Of a stretch of 64,000 nt of DNA, positions 61,571 to 64,000 are shown one piece after another (position 1 is the stretch's first letter; each line of letters begins with the position of its first letter). Source of the DNA: an uncultured Verrucomicrobiae bacterium (GTDB taxonomy: Bacteria; Verrucomicrobiota; Verrucomicrobiia; Chthoniobacterales; Chthoniobacteraceae). The translations under genes and the position numbers were made by a program. The notes below the pieces were generated by a model. That model saw only the letters and a program-made list of their open reading frames with translations. It was not told the DNA's origin and did not search any database. The stretch spans positions 544,001 to 608,000 of the forward strand of contig CAWIKF010000001.1 of the NCBI GenBank assembly GCA_963836755.1, given 5' to 3'.

Positions 61571-62626
61571 ATGGACACGCTCACGATCACCGAACTCCGC
61601 CGCGCAGCAATGGAAGGGCGAATCGAGGCAAAAATTCACGCGCAGATCGAGACGCTGACGCACAAGGAAACCAGCCAGCAAAAACCGTTTTGGGAACTGA
61701 ACCTCGCCGACGCGGAGGCGAAACTGAAGCTGCGCGCGTGGAGCGATTCACCAAATTATAAACAATGCGCGGAGCTCGACACCGGCGGGTTTTTAGAGAT
61801 CAGCGGCGACTTTTCCCACAACCCGAATTTCGGCATCGAGTCGAAACGCTGGACCTGCCGCGCGCTCGATGACGAAGAACGCGCCGCGCTGCTCGGCGGT
61901 CCGCGAGAGCTCCGCGAGCGGCAGGCGCGCGATTTTGGGTTCATTTCAAAAACCGCTGCGGCGCTCGCCGAGCCGCGTCTGCAGGCGCTTTGCGGACTTT
62001 TTCTCGAGCAGCACGGCGAACGATTCCGCCGCACCGCGGCCGCACGCGGGAATCACCACGCCCGCCGCGGCGGCCTGGTCGAGCACGTCGCGCAAATGAT
62101 GCGCGCCGCCAATGCGTTATCGGATGTTTATCCGCAGTTGAACCGCGAACTTTTACTCGCTGGGGTGCTTTTTCACGATTGCGGAAAGCTCTGGGAAAAT
62201 CCGGTCGCGGAAACAGGGTTTAACATGCCTTTTGTGGAAGCCGGCGAACTTTTAGGCCATATCACCATTGGGATCGAGCTCGTCAATTTGCTTTGGCGCA
62301 AACTCGATCTCGAGCAGTGGAGCGAGCTGCGGCCGGCATCGGAAGATGTCCGTCTGCACTTGCTGCACCTCATCGCGGCACATCACGGCGAGCTGCAATT
62401 TGGCTCGCCGGTGCCGCCAAAAACTCCCGAGGCGCAAGCGCTGCACTACATCGATAACCTCGACGCAAAAATGGAAATGTTCGCGCTCGCTTATGCGCGA
62501 CCTGCCACGCTCGGGCCACGGATTTTCGAACGCCTCTGGCCGCTGCCTGGCAACGAAATCGCGCCGCTGCAAAAACTTGGCGCGAGCGCGGATTCCGCGC
62601 GCAGCCAGCCTGCAGCCGGGATTTGA
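61571..62626 (+). CDS. OB-fold plus HD-domain 3'-5' exoribonuclease (YhaM/Cbf1 family)
   Basis: HHARRGGLVEH, LFHDCGK, GHI, HHGELQFGSP, DNLDAK. Confidence 0.88.
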   Translation: MDTLTITELRRAAMEGRIEAKIHAQIETLTHKETSQQKPFWELNLADAEAKLKLRAWSDSPNYKQCAELDTGGFLEISGDFSHNPNFGIESKRWTCRALDDEERAALLGGPRELRERQARDFGFISKTAAALAEPRLQALCGLFLEQHGERFRRTAAARGNHHARRGGLVEHVAQMMRAANALSDVYPQLNRELLLAGVLFHDCGKLWENPVAETGFNMPFVEAGELLGHITIGIELVNLLWRKLDLEQWSELRPASEDVRLHLLHLIAAHHGELQFGSPVPPKTPEAQALHYIDNLDAKMEMFALAYARPATLGPRIFERLWPLPGNEIAPLQKLGASADSARSQPAAGI

Positions 62627-62694
62627 CGCCGAGGCGGCACGCCAAAAAACGTGTTGGTTTCCGGCAAACTTTTGCTACTTTCTCCAGCCCGCAT

Positions 62695-62767
62695 GGTGGC
62701 CGTAGCTCAACGGTAGAGTCCCAGATTGTGATTCTGGTTGTTGCGGGTTCGAATCCCGTCGGCCACC
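62695..62767 (+). tRNA. tRNA-His (GTG) with G-1; no encoded CCA
   Basis: G-GTGGCCG...CGGCCAC-C; anticodon arm CCAGA-TTGTGAT-TCTGG; GTTCGAATC. Confidence 0.93.
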
Positions 62768-62774
62768 CACCTGT

Positions 62775-64000
62775 TTAACGATCGTTCAACCACTTTGCGG
62801 CGAGTTCTGTCACGCGGTTTTTCACCGCGTCGTCCATTTTTAAAAGCTCCGGCCACGTCCGGCTGTAACCTTCGCTCGGCAATTTCCGTGTCGCATCAAT
62901 GCCCATGTGCGTGCCGAGCGTCGCGACCGTTTGCGCATGATCGAGCGCGTCGGTCGGATTTTTTACAAAGCACGAATCGCGCTGTGGATCGGTGTTGGCG
63001 CACATCCGGAACAAAACTTCGCTCGTGTTGTGCACGTCGCAATCGTCATCGACGACGATGATATATTTGGAAAACATCATCAGCCCCGCGCCCCAAAGTG
63101 CGTGCATGATTTTGTAAGCCTGCCACGCGTATTGCTTGCGGATGCTGACAAACACAAGGTTGTGGAAGACTCCTTCCGCCGGCAGCGCGATGTCGATGAT
63201 CTCTGGGAAGTTCATTTTGAACACGGGCAGAAAAATCGCGACGGTCGCGCTGCCCATGTAAAAATCTTCCATCGGCGGAATGCCGACGATCGTCGCCGGA
63301 TAAACCGCGTTTTTTCGGTGTGTTAAACAGGTGAGATGGAAGACGGGATATTCATCGACCGGCGTGTAGAAACCGGTGTGATCGCCGAAAGGACCTTCCG
63401 CGCGCATCTCGCCGGGTTGCACGTAACCTTCTAAAACGAAATCGACATCCGCCGGCACCTCGATGTCGTTGGTTTCGCACTTCACCAGCTCGACGGATTT
63501 TTTTCTGCAAAACCCGGCAAACAAGATTTCATCGAGGCCGTCGGGCAATGGCGCGGTCGCGGCGAACGTGTAAGCGGGATCGCCTCCGAGCGTGACGGCG
63601 ACGGGCATGCGCTCGTTTTTTTCGTAGTAAACTTTGCCATGTCGCGCGCCGACTTTGTGGACCTGCCAATGCATGCCGGTTGTTTTCCCATCGTAAACTT
63701 GCATGCGATACATGCCGACGTTGCGCTCGCCGCTTTGCGGATCGCGCGTGTGAACGCACGGCAGCGTGATGAAACGTCCGCCGTCGCGCGGCCAGCATTT
63801 GAGGATCGGCAAATCATCGAGCGTCGTTTCTCCCGGTGAAAATTTCTGCACGACTTCCTTGCATGCACCGTCCTTGATGTGCTTCGGGCGCGCATGCAGG
63901 AGGTCGATTCCTTGTCTAACAAGTGACCACGCCTCGCGAAGTCCGGACGGCGGTTTCGCTTTCAAAATCAGCTGCATTTGCTGCGCAAGTTCGTCGATCG
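62775..64000 (-). CDS. UbiD-family decarboxylase (menaquinone/futalosine-type), 5' end beyond the window
   Basis: WPRDGGRFIT, NVGMYRMQ, EGPFGDHTGFY, IIVVDDD, MGIDATRK. Confidence 0.9.
   Translation of the reverse strand, partial: IDELAQQMQLILKAKPPSGLREAWSLVRQGIDLLHARPKHIKDGACKEVVQKFSPGETTLDDLPILKCWPRDGGRFITLPCVHTRDPQSGERNVGMYRMQVYDGKTTGMHWQVHKVGARHGKVYYEKNERMPVAVTLGGDPAYTFAATAPLPDGLDEILFAGFCRKKSVELVKCETNDIEVPADVDFVLEGYVQPGEMRAEGPFGDHTGFYTPVDEYPVFHLTCLTHRKNAVYPATIVGIPPMEDFYMGSATVAIFLPVFKMNFPEIIDIALPAEGVFHNLVFVSIRKQYAWQAYKIMHALWGAGLMMFSKYIIVVDDDCDVHNTSEVLFRMCANTDPQRDSCFVKNPTDALDHAQTVATLGTHMGIDATRKLPSEGYSRTWPELLKMDDAVKNRVTELAAKWLNDR

Overview
64 kb from a bacterium of the PVC superphylum, most likely Verrucomicrobiota (Spartobacteria/Chthoniobacterales-like). 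This assignment rests on a PVC-signature small basic protein, a PEP-CTERM protein and a Verrucomicrobia-type prepilin-like protein. Bases 1-189 are a 21-bp tandem repeat array. Bases 600-7386 are a heavily frameshifted type I restriction-modification locus (hsdR-hsdS-two cargo genes-hsdM). The rest is clean, compact core genome: acnA, glcDF, xseA, glgB, two PilT ATPases, infA, lipB, ruvC, a lipid-modification/ABC/hopanoid (shc, hpnH) block, Fe-S scaffold genes, psd-pssA, gpmI, leuS, a UbiD-family gene and two tRNAs. The standout observation is 12844-13656, an orphan R.PabI-family (HALFPIPE fold) restriction DNA glycosylase homologue. It has an N-terminal signal peptide and no neighbouring methyltransferase. 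By manual scan, the family's target site GTAC is absent from the last ~56.8 kb of the window and occurs only three times, all inside the foreign-looking hsdM. All family calls come from motif recognition by eye, without database searches.
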